Of a DNA stretch of 41,773 nucleotides, positions 24,585 to 37,379 are shown piece after piece. The stretch comes from Octopus bimaculoides. Its lineage: Eukaryota. The notes under the pieces are model-generated. The model ran no database searches, had not been told where the DNA came from, and saw only the letters and a program-made list of their open reading frames with translations. The stretch spans positions 12,047,025 to 12,088,797 of the forward strand of contig NC_068992.1 in NCBI RefSeq assembly GCF_001194135.2. Reading direction: 5' to 3'. A program made the position numbers and the translations under genes. How positions within the stretch are numbered: the stretch's first letter is position 1; every line of letters starts with the position of its first letter.

Positions 24585-24633
<49 letters not shown>

Positions 24634-24636
24634 ACA

Positions 24637-24831
24637 TTTCTTTGATTTCTTTTAAGCGTTTCAATTGCTGGACTGCGGCCAGGCTGGGGCGTCGCCTTGA
24701 TAAAAATTCAGTCGAATGAACCAACCCTTGTACTTATTTGTATTTTGAATCTGGTACTTATTTCATTGGTCAATTTCACCGAAGCGCTAAGTTACGAGGA
24801 CGTAAATAAACCAACACCGGTTATAACAAAC
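24637..24831 (-). mobile_element. Diverged SINE family B 3' half
   Basis: Reverse complement reads accggtgttggtttatttacgtcctcgtaacttagcg..ggccgcagtcc..tgaaac. Confidence 0.75.
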
Positions 24832-25059
24832 ACATTTATGTCAGTTGATTCTAAATGTTTGCGCACATGACTGTGTGTGATTTTTGCGTGTGCATGTGAG
24901 TGTATCGACTCGCAAATACACACATTTACATGGGAATTCGTGCGTGCCCGTATATATTAAAGGGGCAGTCTGGGATATGGCTACGGTTATATAAGGGTAC
25001 AACTTGTTCGTTTCCAAGCTGTGTAAGCGACTAACATGAAAAGGCACAAGCGGGTGGAA

Positions 25060-25235
25060 GGAATTAAGGGTAGGTGCCACTGGTACCAGTATTCGAATGA
25101 GTAAACTGTGGCAACGTGAAGTGAAATGCTTTTATAACAAAACACTAATGCACCGGCAGTTGTAGAAATGAAAATCAGGAATAGGAAATACTTATTGTGA
25201 GCCGAAGACTTTTACCGCTAGACCACTTGCCGATG
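25060..25235 (-). mobile_element. Degenerate tRNA-headed SINE (family D)
   Basis: Reverse complement reads gtggtctagcggtaaaagtcttcggctcac..gcatttcacttcacgttgccacagtttactca. Confidence 0.35.
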
Positions 25236-25309
25236 ATATATTCGTTTACAATTGAAAATTTGTACGTGTGTGTGTATTTTTATATATACATATACATACA
25301 CATGTACAT

Positions 25310-25715
25310 AGGCGCAGGAGTGGCTGTGTGGTAAGTAGCTTGCTAACCAACCACATGGTTCCGGGTTCATTCCCACTGGGCAAGTGTCTTCTACTATAGC
25401 CTCGGGCCGACCAAAGCCTTGTGAGTGGATTTGGTAGACGGAAACTGAAAGAAGCCCGTCGTATATATGTGTATATATATATATGTATGTGTGTGTATAT
25501 GTTTGTGTGTCTGTGTTTGCCCCCCCCCCCACATCGCTTGACAACCGATGGTGGTGTGTTTACCTCCCCGTAACTTAGCGGTTCGGCATAAGAGACTGAT
25601 AAAATAAGTACTAGGCTTCCAAAGATTAAGTCCTGGAGTCGATTTGTCACTAAAACGGCGGTGCTCCAGCATGGCCGCAGTCAAATGACTGAAACAAGTA
25701 AAAGAGTAAAGAGTA
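25310..25715 (+). mobile_element. SINE family B, near full-length copy
   Basis: A-box TGGCTGTGTGG and B-box GGTTCATTCC, internal (TA)/(TG) tract, 3' tail and (gtaaaaga)n end. 12-bp deletion relative to the head at 37380-37507. Confidence 0.93.
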
Positions 25716-25786
25716 GTGTGTGTGTGTGTGTGTTGTGTGTGTGTTGTGTGCGTGTGTGTGCGTATTTGTATGTACATGTGTATATA

Positions 25787-25850
<64 letters not shown>

Positions 25851-26490
25851 TGCACAAACTCACGCACACGCACGCACACGCACGCACACACATAGGCACA
25901 CCACCCACACACATAGGCACACCACCCACCCACACACACACGCACGTACCTGTTTGAACTTCACTCAATGACACTTCCCATTTCTATTCAAAGGTCTTGG
26001 AAACCTTTGAGCTGTACATAATTTCTTGTAGGTCATACATCTTTTCAAGTGTTTCACTTGCCTTCATACGTGAATATGTGTGTGCGACGGGTTTTGTATA
26101 CACACACAAGACCATGACGTTGTGCGTGTGTTTGTGTGATGATGATATTTTAGACAAATATATTTATACCTATATACATATAAGATAGATATACCTATAT
26201 ATGTATAAATATATATATATATACATACACATACACACATATGAATATGTGTGAGTGTGTAGGTATCTGACAGGGTGTGGAAAAATCCAGCATGTTTCGC
26301 CTGAGGTTGCGTTTGACATGCAATATTCTATAACGAGTAATTCAAATTATCGACAGTGGCATGCACGGTGACAATAATTGCATTCTGTACCTACAGACAA
26401 ACGCACATCTATGAATACATACACACACACACACACACATGCATGCCTTCATGCAGTCGCATGCACAGAGATACATACAAACATACATAC

Positions 26491-26547
<57 letters not shown>

Positions 26548-26619
26548 AATGTACACGTGCATATGTATGCATTTCTAGCATGTATATGCATATATATATA
26601 TAAATATATATACACATAT

Positions 26620-27137
26620 TGATTTTTGTTTTTTTTTTTAAGTTTCAGCTTAGAGCTGCGGCTATGCTGATGCACCAACGTGTTGCTACATTGTTATTAC
26701 AGGTAGCATCTTACAATATGTGGCACTTGGTGAAGAATGGAGTTTGATTTAGCAACCCTCATATGCACCTCCTGCCGCGAGGCAGGTTCATCTGGGACTC
26801 TCGATAGGAAGAGGTCCAGCTTTGATTTAAAAACTCCTACATCTACTTTGTGCAGATTCTTCAGGCTCTTTGGGAGAATATTAAAAAGCTGTGGGCCCCT
26901 GAATCCCAAGCTGTTGCAGTAACTGGTTCTGAAGCGCGATGGCATTGCTGGGATCTTTGGCACTATGCAGTGTTGTCACGTTCTCGCATTGGAGTAGCTT
27001 TTAATGCCAACATTTGGCACAATTCCTTCCAGGATCTTCCAGATGTATATTACTGCATACCTCTCCCGCCGTCTCTCCAGGGAGTAGAGTCTTAGCTATT
27101 TCAGCCTTTCCCAGTAGCTGAGCAGTTGCAAAGAGAC
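26620..27137 (-). mobile_element. CR1-group LINE 3' end (ORF2 C-terminus pseudogene, 3' UTR, A-rich tail); runs into a gap
   Basis: One frame: LSYWERLK*LRLYSLERRRERYAVIYIWKILEGIVPN..T*QHC..NSLGFRGPQLFNILP..VFKSKLDLFLSRVPDEP..SNSILHQ, with two in-frame stops and the terminal stop at 26697-26699. Poly(A)-like tail at 26623-26639. Confidence 0.88.
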
Positions 27138-28495
27138 NNNNNNNNNNNNNNNNNNNNNNNNNNNNNNNNNNNNNNNNNNNNNNNNNNNNNNNNNNNNNNN
27201 NNNNNNNNNNNNNNNNNNNNNNNNNNNNNNNNNNNNNNNNNNNNNNNNNNNNNNNNNNNNNNNNNNNNNNNNNNNNNNNNNNNNNNNNNNNNNNNNNNNN
27301 NNNNNNNNNNNNNNNNNNNNNNNNNNNNNNNNNNNNNNNNNNNNNNNNNNNNNNNNNNNNNNNNNNNNNNNNNNNNNNNNNNNNNNNNNNNNNNNNNNNN
27401 NNNNNNNNNNNNNNNNNNNNNNNNNNNNNNNNNNNNNNNNNNNNNNNNNNNNNNNNNNNNNNNNNNNNNNNNNNNNNNNNNNNNNNNNNNNNNNNNNNNN
27501 NNNNNNNNNNNNNNNNNNNNNNNNNNNNNNNNNNNNNNNNNNNNNNNNNNNNNNNNNNNNNNNNNNNNNNNNNNNNNNNNNNNNNNNNNNNNNNNNNNNN
27601 NNNNNNNNNNNNNNNNNNNNNNNNNNNNNNNNNNNNNNNNNNNNNNNNNNNNNNNNNNNNNNNNNNNNNNNNNNNNNNNNNNNNNNNNNNNNNNNNNNNN
27701 NNNNNNNNNNNNNNNNNNNNNNNNNNNNNNNNNNNNNNNNNNNNNNNNNNNNNNNNNNNNNNNNNNNNNNNNNNNNNNNNNNNNNNNNNNNNNNNNNNNN
27801 NNNNNNNNNNNNNNNNNNNNNNNNNNNNNNNNNNNNNNNNNNNNNNNNNNNNNNNNNNNNNNNNNNNNNNNNNNNNNNNNNNNNNNNNNNNNNNNNNNNN
27901 NNNNNNNNNNNNNNNNNNNNNNNNNATATATACACACATACATCTACACCTACCTGCCTATATACATACATACGTACAAGCACACAAACACACACAGATG
28001 TATACAACTATAATCAAATACCGATACACGTCGATATAAATACATAAAGAGCCAAGAAAGAAACAAAATTCCAATTAATCCCCAATTAGAGTCAAACAGA
28101 AGTCATGATTTACCAGACATATTGACAGCAGAACGTAACCTTATGATTTAGCAGATATATTGACAGCTCAAAATAAAATTGCACTTAGCTCGTATTACTC
28201 GCATTAAGTACGAATCAATAACTTTAAAATCGACATGAAACAACATAGCCTCCTTAGAATAATATATTATAATAAATTATCATGTTATAGATTAAAAAAT
28301 ATATATATATTCAAATTCTCGTAGATCAATATTGGGTACAAAACTAAAGGCATAATTTGCTGTCACTTATACACTGACAATCGATTTAACCATAATAGAA
28401 TTTAGAATAAAATGTATCAGCAACTGTGCTAGAATGCAATCTTCAGCATATTTGGAGTGTTTATGTTCCTCGTTGATTTTGTTGCTATTGTTTAC

Positions 28496-28539
<44 letters not shown>

Positions 28540-28734
28540 AGATCAGTGGTTTATCTGGCCAGTATCGGTAAGTTTCAGACTGAAGTATGTTTATTATTAG
28601 GTGGTACGGCCTCAGTTTTACATGGTGCAATATCATTCATTGTTGTATGCTGAAATGTTGTTGTTCGTAGACTATGTCGTTGCTCGCTATTGCTTTTTGA
28701 CGATGTGATAATATTTAGTTACAAAGATGACTAT

Positions 28735-28866
28735 GCCGATGCTGCTACTACTGCTGTTACTGCTGCTACACTTGCTACTACTACTGCTGCTACCGCTGCT
28801 AATGTCGACGACGACATCATCATCATCATCATCATGTAGTAGTAGTAGTAGTAGTAGTAGTAGATC
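28735..28866. repeat. Compound trinucleotide microsatellite (CTG/CTA/CGA/CAT/TAG)
   Basis: Direct reading. Confidence 0.9.
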
Positions 28867-29134
28867 ATTGTTGTACACTGACAGTGTTGGTCCAAGGAAG
28901 CATAAGCAAAACCCAAAAGTATCAAAACAGAAATTTTTTTTCAAGTCAGTATTTCTGAGAGATTGGCAGACCGCGTTGTAAACGATTTAGCTAGCAGAGA
29001 TATAAGTTTGAACAGAATCTGCGAAAATCTCTTTAACTACGAGAAAGATATGTAGAAACTGCTCAGTGGAGAAAGTTTCCAGCAAAATGAATATATGTCA
29101 ATGGAAGTCGCATGTGGCATAGAGACGATGCTAG

Positions 29135-29521
29135 TGTTGTTGGCACTCCGTCGCTTACGACGTCGAAGGTTCCAGTTGATCTGATAAACGGAACAGCCTG
29201 CTCGTGAAATTAACGTGCAAGTGGCTGAGCACTCCACAGACACGTGTACCCTTAACGTAAATCTCGGGGTTATTCAGCGTGACACAGAGTGTGACAAGGC
29301 TGACCCTTTGAATTACAGGCACAACAGAAACAGGAAGAAAGAGTGAGAGGAAGTTGTGGTGAAATAGTACAGTAGGGTTCGCCACTATCCCCTGCCGGAG
29401 CCTCGTGGAGCTTTAGGTGTTTTCGCTCAATAAACACTCACGATGCCCGGTCTAGGAATCGAAACCGCGATCCTATGACCGCGAGTCCACTGCCCTAACC
29501 AGTGGGCCATTGCGCCTCCAC
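29135..29521 (-). mobile_element. SINE family A, full-length copy (387 bp)
   Basis: tRNA-like head gtggaggcgcaatggcccactggttagggcagtggactcgcgg.., body, and (AAC)n tail. It may correspond to a described tRNA-Arg-derived octopus SINE (not verified). Confidence 0.93.
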
Positions 29522-29953
29522 GGGGCTAAATGTATTTATGATAAAAGAGCACTGTAGAATTTGCGTGCGCGTCGTGTGTGCGTGCGTGTGTGTTTGTGAA
29601 TACCCGAATTCAGCGAAACGTCGGTTACTCATGTTTTAGATAAATATTGTAACGATGATATAACACACTAAGTGCACAAACAATGCGAGCATAATTAAAT
29701 AAGAAACCATTAAGATCTAATTTAAAAATTAACATGTCAAAAAGAATTAATAATTAAAAAAAAATAAGCGTTCCAGCCTTAATTTACCTCAACCTAAAAT
29801 AATTTCATATTTCGTAGAAGATTTAAATTCAATTTCTCAATCATTTCTCTATAATATTTTTACCTAAGTTTTTTTCCCTATAATTTTTCTTTTGTTTGGT
29901 TTCTATGGTAAGTGTTTCTGTTGAATACTTGTCATGTTCATGGTTTCTTGTGT

Positions 29954-30033
29954 GCGTGCGTATGTACGTGTATGCGTGCGTATGTACGTGTATGCGTGCG
30001 TATGTACGTGTATGCGTGCGTATGTACGTGTAT
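29954..30033. repeat. 4 x 20-bp perfect minisatellite gcgtgcgtatgtacgtgtat
   Basis: Units at 29954, 29974, 29994 and 30014. Confidence 0.97.
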
Positions 30034-30496
30034 GCGTGTATGCGTGTATGCGTATGTGTGAATGTGTGACATGCTTAGGTGTATGTCGTGACGATATATG
30101 TATGACCTGTAGAAAGTGTATATACAATTGTGAGATAAGTGTATTGACGAAGAGGTAAATATGGAATTATGAAAGACATATCCGTGAAGATATAACGTGT
30201 GTGTGTATGTGTATATATATATATATNNNNNNNNNNNNNNNNNNNNNNNNNNNNNNNNNNNNNNNNNNNNNNNNNNNNNNNNNNNNNNNNNNNNNNNNNN
30301 NNNNNNNNNNNNNNNNNNNNNNNNNNNNNNNNNNNNNNNNNNNNNNNNNNNNNNNNNNNNNNNNNNNNNNNNNNNNNNNNNNNNNNNNNNNNNNNNNNNN
30401 NNNNNNNNNNNNNNNNNNNNNNNNNNNNNNNNNNNNNNNNNNNNNNNNNNNNNNNNNNNNNNNNNNNNNNNNNNNNNNNNNNNNNNNNNNNNNNNN

Positions 30497-30531
<35 letters not shown>

Positions 30532-31768
30532 TGCCAAGCTATGTCAAGCCAGTGTGGCAGAATACGTTCATCACACAAGTTTGATCTCAAGCTCAAATTC
30601 ACGGCCTCCACATCGGACTGTGGTTGGTGGGGAGAACTTGCTGAGGCTTTCCTCTTGTGATGAACTGAACATAGGCAACCCACTCCAAGGCAGTGTGTGT
30701 GTGTGTGTACAAAGAGAAACAAGGACAGAGTGGGTCATAAGAATCTAGAAACTTCCAGAGAAAATGAGACAGTTCATTTTTAGAACAGTTTAGCTTGAAG
30801 CTGAACAAGCAATGAAGATGTAAAATCGAGTTGTAAAGCTATTTGAGAAGAAAAAAATCGACGGATTGCTTTGGCCCAATGGCCGAAAGCCTGCAAGAAA
30901 TGTGGTTCGAATTCCATAGGCAGCTTTCTTCTTTTTCTATCAAACGCGTTTTTTAACCCAGTATTTACAGGCTATTATTATAGCTTTATCTGCTTCGAGT
31001 TAAACGCTCCCTACCTCTAAAAACTGAATGTGTATGTGTGTGCGTATGTGTGTGTGTATGGGCGGGTATGGGTGTGCGTGTGTGTGTGTGCGTGTATGGG
31101 GAGTTGCCTGTGTGTACCTACGTATGTATGTGGTTACCACACGAAAACGAAACAGTGCTATGAGATATTTTGTGTCGATGCCACTGCACCAGTATAAAAT
31201 TCAACAATATATATCCAACAAAGAACTTCAATCTCTTTTGAGATCGCACACCGAATGTCATTCGATCTGATATCGATTGGAATTTCTGAACAATATCCAA
31301 TTGCTACAATATATTGTGAGATTGTATCGATCTAAGGGTTCAGTAAATATGTTCAATGAAGAACTAACAACTGATTGATTACGTGTGAGATAAGATGGAG
31401 TACAGAGAATAAGAGCTATATTGATTTTTCCCATCATTCCTTTCACTCCAATATCGTGGGTCAGTGTATGTCAACACAATCGGCTCTCCTTGTTCTAGTT
31501 CCGTTTCTTAGCAGTATATGCAAGTTGTGACCATGCGTATGCGTGTGTGGATGCTTATATAATACAATGCATGCATGTGTATGTATATGGATATGTGTAT
31601 ACACATCCACACATGCAAATATGTATGTATACATATATATATTTGCATATATGCACATGTACATATATGTATACATATCTACAGATATACATATATACAT
31701 CAGCACATGCAAATATACGTATGTATTTGCATGCGAGTATATATATATATATATATATATATACATGT

Positions 31769-31808
<40 letters not shown>

Positions 31809-31922
31809 TACATCATATACATATATTTAAAAAACCCTTTATACACATATATATATAAACACACATATATACTATATAATATATAATATATATAGTAGAT
31901 ACTACATGGCATTTATATATAC

Positions 31923-31979
<57 letters not shown>

Positions 31980-32381
31980 CATAATATATAAAATGATACA
32001 TAACTGTGTATATGTATGTATATGTGTGACAGTATAAATGCATATATAGATGAATGCAAATACGTGTGTGTACATACTGACATATTTACAATGGCCAATA
32101 AAAAGGGAACGTAGGTTAGTTATAAAAGAATGTTGGAGAGGTTTTCTTCTTTTGCTTTCTTTCAGCAATCTCCGCCAAAACAATGCTGGATTATTGTCTT
32201 TTGGAATGAGCGTAACATAGGAATATATTTGTGTAACTACGAATGTCTATAAACGGATTTATGCTAATATGAATATATGTAGATGTGTTTGTATATCTAT
32301 ATGTATATGTATATGTACGTGTGTATGTATATATATATATATGTACATGCGTATGTATGTATGTATGTATGTATGTATGTA

Positions 32382-32416
<35 letters not shown>

Positions 32417-32579
32417 ATGTATGTATGTTAGGAATCAATAAATAAGACTGTATACGGCTATTTCCTATTTCAGGAGGATTGGGAACTGCGAGCATTTCAA
32501 TATACACTTTGTAATTTTTGTGTGTGTGTGTGCGCGCGCGCGTGTTTGTGTGTATGTGTGCATGTGTGTGTATGTGCGT

Positions 32580-32626
<47 letters not shown>

Positions 32627-33370
32627 TATTAGAGAAATATTTACGAAGGATACAACGGTACGTAGAGGATTTGAAGATCTACATATCTGATAAGCGAATC
32701 GACTTTTATATTGCAATTAGTGTTCTTGTTGGTATTAAGGTAAAAGATTATTTTACAGAACCGGTAGAAAGCTATTGTAAATGAATTGTGTTACTTAGCT
32801 TTTCTCCGTAACGTTTTGAGTTCGATTTCCGAGGTCGAGTTAGGACTTTTTCTCTTCTTTGTTGAATAAAATAAACGCCAGTCAACAATGGAGTTTGGAG
32901 TTGGATTAGCAGGATCGGTTTAGCCACCGGACAAAATAATTTGCTGTAATCAATTGCGTCTGATTGCTTGCTGAGTTCAATCCTCGTTGAATCCAGCATT
33001 GTGTTTTCTCCCTTCGGAGTCGATAAAATTGTTTCCAATCATTTGTTGATACACACCAAAAGATTGATCTCACAAAATGTGTAGCTTTGTGCTCGTATTG
33101 AACATTATTGTCGCTTAATCATAGAGGAAAGGAGCTATCTCACCATATATTTTCAGATCCGTTAAACACGCGTGAGTGTGCTATAACAAAACCGGATATC
33201 TGGTCCGAATGCTTTCGAGAGAATGAACTCCGTTAAAAGCACACAAGAAATAGCTACTAGAATTACGTCTGCTATCAAAGAACCTGAAATGCAAGTGGCT
33301 GGGACGAATATTGAAAAGTATTTCATCCGATACGAATAATTCTGGGTGAGGATATTTTGTCCTCCACCAC

Positions 33371-33545
33371 CGATTGACAACTGGTGTTGGTTTGTTTACG
33401 TTATGGTAATTTAGCGGTTGGCCATAAAAGACATATAGAATAAAACGCAGGCTTTTAAAAAATAAGTTCTGGGTTCGATTCCTTAGATTAAGACCCTTCA
33501 AGACCGTGCTCCAGCATGGCCGCAGTCCAATGACTAAAACGAGTA
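33371..33545 (+). mobile_element. Diverged SINE family B 3' half
   Basis: ttgacaactggtgttggtttgtttacg..cgtgctccagcatggccgcagtccaatgactaaaac. Confidence 0.8.
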
Positions 33546-34084
33546 TACGACAAAGGATATTTAGTCTTTGTTTAATCACAAATATATATTTAATCAAATT
33601 ACAAACATGTATTTATTTATTTACAATAATCTATAAAAGCTGTACCATTGCATATTTAATCTTCTCATTTTCATTTAGCATATTTCGTAGATATTTAGAT
33701 CCTATTTCTGAAATGTTATCAGCATTGTTATTTTTATCTGTGTATATTGCGTAACTGTTGTTTGTCAATTTATCTAATCATAGAAGACGTAGTTCACCAG
33801 ATGCAATTCCGATTTCAATTTATATTGCTTCATTGCTTGTGGCATAGTGTATCGATAGAGAATAACTTCTACGTCCTTGGCAGATACAAATGCAAGCACA
33901 CAGATAAACGGATAATACACGTAAACTTGCCATTTGTGTGTTTGCATATATCTATATACATGTATGTATACATGTATACATAGAAACATCCACACACAAA
34001 CGCACACAGAGATATATACGTACAACTTCATTCATGTGCACATATATATATTATACATATATCTATATAAGTATATTTACATTA

Positions 34085-34086
34085 TA

Positions 34087-34121
<35 letters not shown>

Positions 34122-34225
34122 TGTATAGATATATAGATAGATAGGTAGGTAGGTAGGTAGGTAGGTAGGTAGGTAGGTAGGTAGGTGGGTAGGTTGATAG
34201 ATAGATAGATAGATAGATAGATAGT

Positions 34226-34278
<53 letters not shown>
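34085..34278. repeat. Compound tetranucleotide microsatellite (ATGT)n-(TAGG)n-(TAGA)n
   Basis: Direct reading. Confidence 0.95.
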
Positions 34279-34599
34279 TTACATGTATGTATGCATGTAT
34301 GTATGTAACATAGGTTTAAAATCGCTTAAACAGTAAATTAAGAGACAACGAATAATTCTGCCTAGAAATATGAAGCAAAATCATATGAAAACAAAGTGAG
34401 ACACAAATATCAATTTGAGAAACCAGAACTATAGACAATATACAAACAAACCAAGGAGTTTTCTAGAAATTTACAGAGAAACATTTTGTCACAATGTAAT
34501 ATTTCCAAGCTGGTCAAGTTAGTTCTTTGCCACAAGAGCGTTACATAGGTCAGCGACAAACATCCATCGATTGATGCAAAAGATTACATTTGAGCATTA

Positions 34600-35915
34600 T
34601 GTCTGAAACAGGTTCCGATGGATTCTTTGCAATCTTCAGTAAAACATGTTAACGAGCGTTAACTAAGTTACTCCAGATACATGTTAAAAGCCTCTTTGCA
34701 AATGGATTATTCTAGAAAAGTCATGAAGTTGGAAAATGACTAGCTGACTAACAGCACAGTTCTCACAATGAAAGAAGCTTCTTTGCACGACTCCTGCAAC
34801 ACTATACCCGGGAGCTGAAACGCCCCAAATCTATTATATGTACTGATTTTTCGAAAGCTTTCGATAAATTTGGTCCCTGTGTTGTGAGCACACACCGCTT
34901 TCTCTCGGCCTGATTAGAGTGTTAGGAAATCAGTTAAATAAGTGCAAGAAATCAGACATTTCTGGTCTATTGTATTCTCTCAAAGAAGAGTCTAATTTTG
35001 AGTGGAGTTATATTGGAAACTATTTTATTGGTTCTATGGGACATGCCCTCATTTATACAAACATCCATTCTCACAAGCTATGCTGGTAATACAAAATATA
35101 ATGAAGATCCTCGATCGTGCTGCAAAACTACTGCAAGTCTTTAATGTAATCTTGGGCCTGCAACTTAACAATGGAAAATCCAGAGCTTTTCGCTTTTGGT
35201 ACACAAAACTCCCCAACGATTATATACACATTGACTGGAGGGGTTACAGTTCTAGAGTCGCAATCAGTCATGACCTGGGAAGTGGGTAAATATGAGTAAT
35301 GATGCATGTACATATTACCAAAACGAAAACGTTGTGCAAAAGGCTGTCGCCTGTAGCATTGTTCACAGCTTGTGTCGCCGTACATTATTAAACTAACTGC
35401 ACATGAAGAAACAATCCAGCGACGCTTCACCAAGGAGATTATCTCATCTCAGGCAACAGCTAAGCAACTGAAAAATGTTAAAGGTGTTAAAACTCTACTC
35501 ACTGGAGAGAAGACAGGAAAGATATGCAGTGATTTATAGGCGGAGATCCTTGAATGAACTAAACTACAGTATTGAGAGCTGTACAAAACTCTGAAGTTAT
35601 CATTACTGCAGTGTCTCGAATATCCTACCATCATCATGAGAAATCAGGACAGCATACTGCCATAGCCTAAGATTCAAAGTCTCATAGTTATTCTCTGTCT
35701 TTCCAAACATGTAAAGAATGTGAATGTGAATGTGTTCAAGAAACAGCCAAATACTCTACTACATGCGATTGCAGACGACTCAATACAATACAAGAAACAG
35801 AAGCGAGTGCACCGATATCAAACTCATTTGCCAAAAGACCGGAGCTGTTGTAAAAATACCAACGGCTTGGCCTGTGCTGCAACATAACCGCAGCTCTTGA
35901 GTTGTAACTAATACA
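34600..35915 (+). mobile_element. Older, heavily decayed CR1-group LINE ORF2 remnant (RT domain to 3' tail)
   Basis: PDGFFAI..LLQ, LLQHY, DFSKAFDK (34845-34868), YAGNTK (35079-35096, YADD equivalent), LQLNNGK, IQRRFTK and LYSLERRQERYAVIY (from 35493). Tail gtgctgcaacataaccgcagctcttgagttgtaac at 35874-35908. Confidence 0.8.
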
Positions 35916-36595
35916 ACAATGAAACGGGACAGATGTAAGGAATAAAGACGTATACTTTAGCATCCTCATAACGGAGACGAAACTTGAAGTTGTGCCCAGA
36001 AAAGAAACGCATTCCTCTACTATAGATTAAACTGCTATGTGTTTGCGCATAATTTTAAAACTGGCACTGTTTTTGGCGACGGAAAATCAGTACAGCAATG
36101 TGTCCAAGACGAATGTACACGAGTATTATAACTGACTGAGAGATGTGCATTATATGTGAAGTGGGGAAGGCTTCGCTTCTCATCGTCTTTAATTTAGAGT
36201 TGACGATGGAGATGTTAAACCCACGGACATCGACAAAGGAAGATTTGTTATTCGACAGAAATAATAATGGTGGTAGAAAACTAAACGGTAACTAGGTTCT
36301 TCTCTCACTGAAGATAATGCCGCTGTGATGCAATGTAACAGGAATCACAGATCTAGAACTGATTGCCCCTGTCTTCATGTGCAGCAGTGCAAGAAAATCA
36401 ACCGCTCTTTGATCATCATCATTAAGAGAGAATATGAAACTGGTTCAGTGATTCATTCGGGTGAATGGTTTGTGCATGGAAATCTATGTCATTTGATACC
36501 TCAAACTTAAGTTGAATAGCAAAAGAGGCAGGTGATTGAAAAATCGTGTATGGATGTGAAAACATGCGGCATAACAATATAACAACAACAATAAC

Positions 36596-36690
36596 GATGA
36601 TGACGACGATGACGATGATGATGATGATGATGATGACGATGATGATGATGATGATGATGAGGATGATGATGATGATGATGAGGAGGAGGA
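36596..36690. repeat. (GAT)n/(GAG)n microsatellite
   Basis: Direct reading. Confidence 0.95.
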
Positions 36691-37026
36691 TGAGAGGTGT
36701 TAACATTGAGCTCTTTGTATCACACCATGATGTGAATAACGTACTATAAACAGGTGTACACGATTTATTTGTGACATCAAAATGCTATACGAAATGTATA
36801 TCATTAACAGATTTAAGTGTAAACGATAAAGAAGATTGTCAGGGAAATATATGATATTAATATTAATGATAGAGAAGAAGTTTTTTAAAGCATAACGGAT
36901 ATGGTTATTAATAGATTTTGACGCAGAGTGACAATTCCGCTATAATCCAACTTTGTTTCGTTAATAACGTTATGATTAATTAAATTAAATAAAACAATCA
37001 TTCTAACCTACCTTGCATTGCAAATA

Positions 37027-37379
37027 CGAGGTGGTATCATACGTTCCAGGACTAGATTTGTATCGCAGTGACCTTCACGGGACATTGTGCCGAGTGAAAT
37101 CGCTGTTTACTTAGCAAGTTATGAAATTTGTGCTTTTGTGATTACGTATATGCTGTAATTTGCGATTTTGTCATGGACAGGATCAAAAAGCCAACGTGAA
37201 ATTGTGCGTTAAACTTGGAAAGTCTGCTACAGAGACACTGAGCGTGCTTCGGCAAGCTTACGGCGACGAGGCAAAGGGTCATACGTAATGTTTCGAGTGG
37301 CACGGGCGCTTCAAAAGCGAAAGAACGTCCTTGGAAGACGATGAGCGATTTGGCAGAACTGGTACGAGCGCTGTCCCCG
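37027..37379 (+). mobile_element. Mariner 5' fragment (TA, TIR-like end, transposase N-terminal HTH pseudogene)
   Basis: TA at 37025-37026, then cgaggtggtatcatacgttccagg. From 37181: DQKANVKLCVKLGKSATETLSVLRQAYGDEAKGHT*CFEWHGRFKSERTSLEDDERFGR, with the stop at 37286-37288. Confidence 0.88.

Noticed and set aside
32815-33110. Traces of additional SINE-C copies
   Set aside because: Too degenerate to set boundaries by eye.
33156-33353. Candidate exon after acceptor tattttcag (PLNTRECAITKPDIWSECFRENELR*) and overlapping frame NAFERMNSVKSTQEIATRIT..
   Set aside because: Short, no recognisable homology, and no linked upstream exon.
36290-36510. Cys-containing ORF (DNAAVMQCNRNHRSRTDCPCLHVQQC..)
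   Set aside because: No domain pattern, weak splice sites, and a length attainable by chance.
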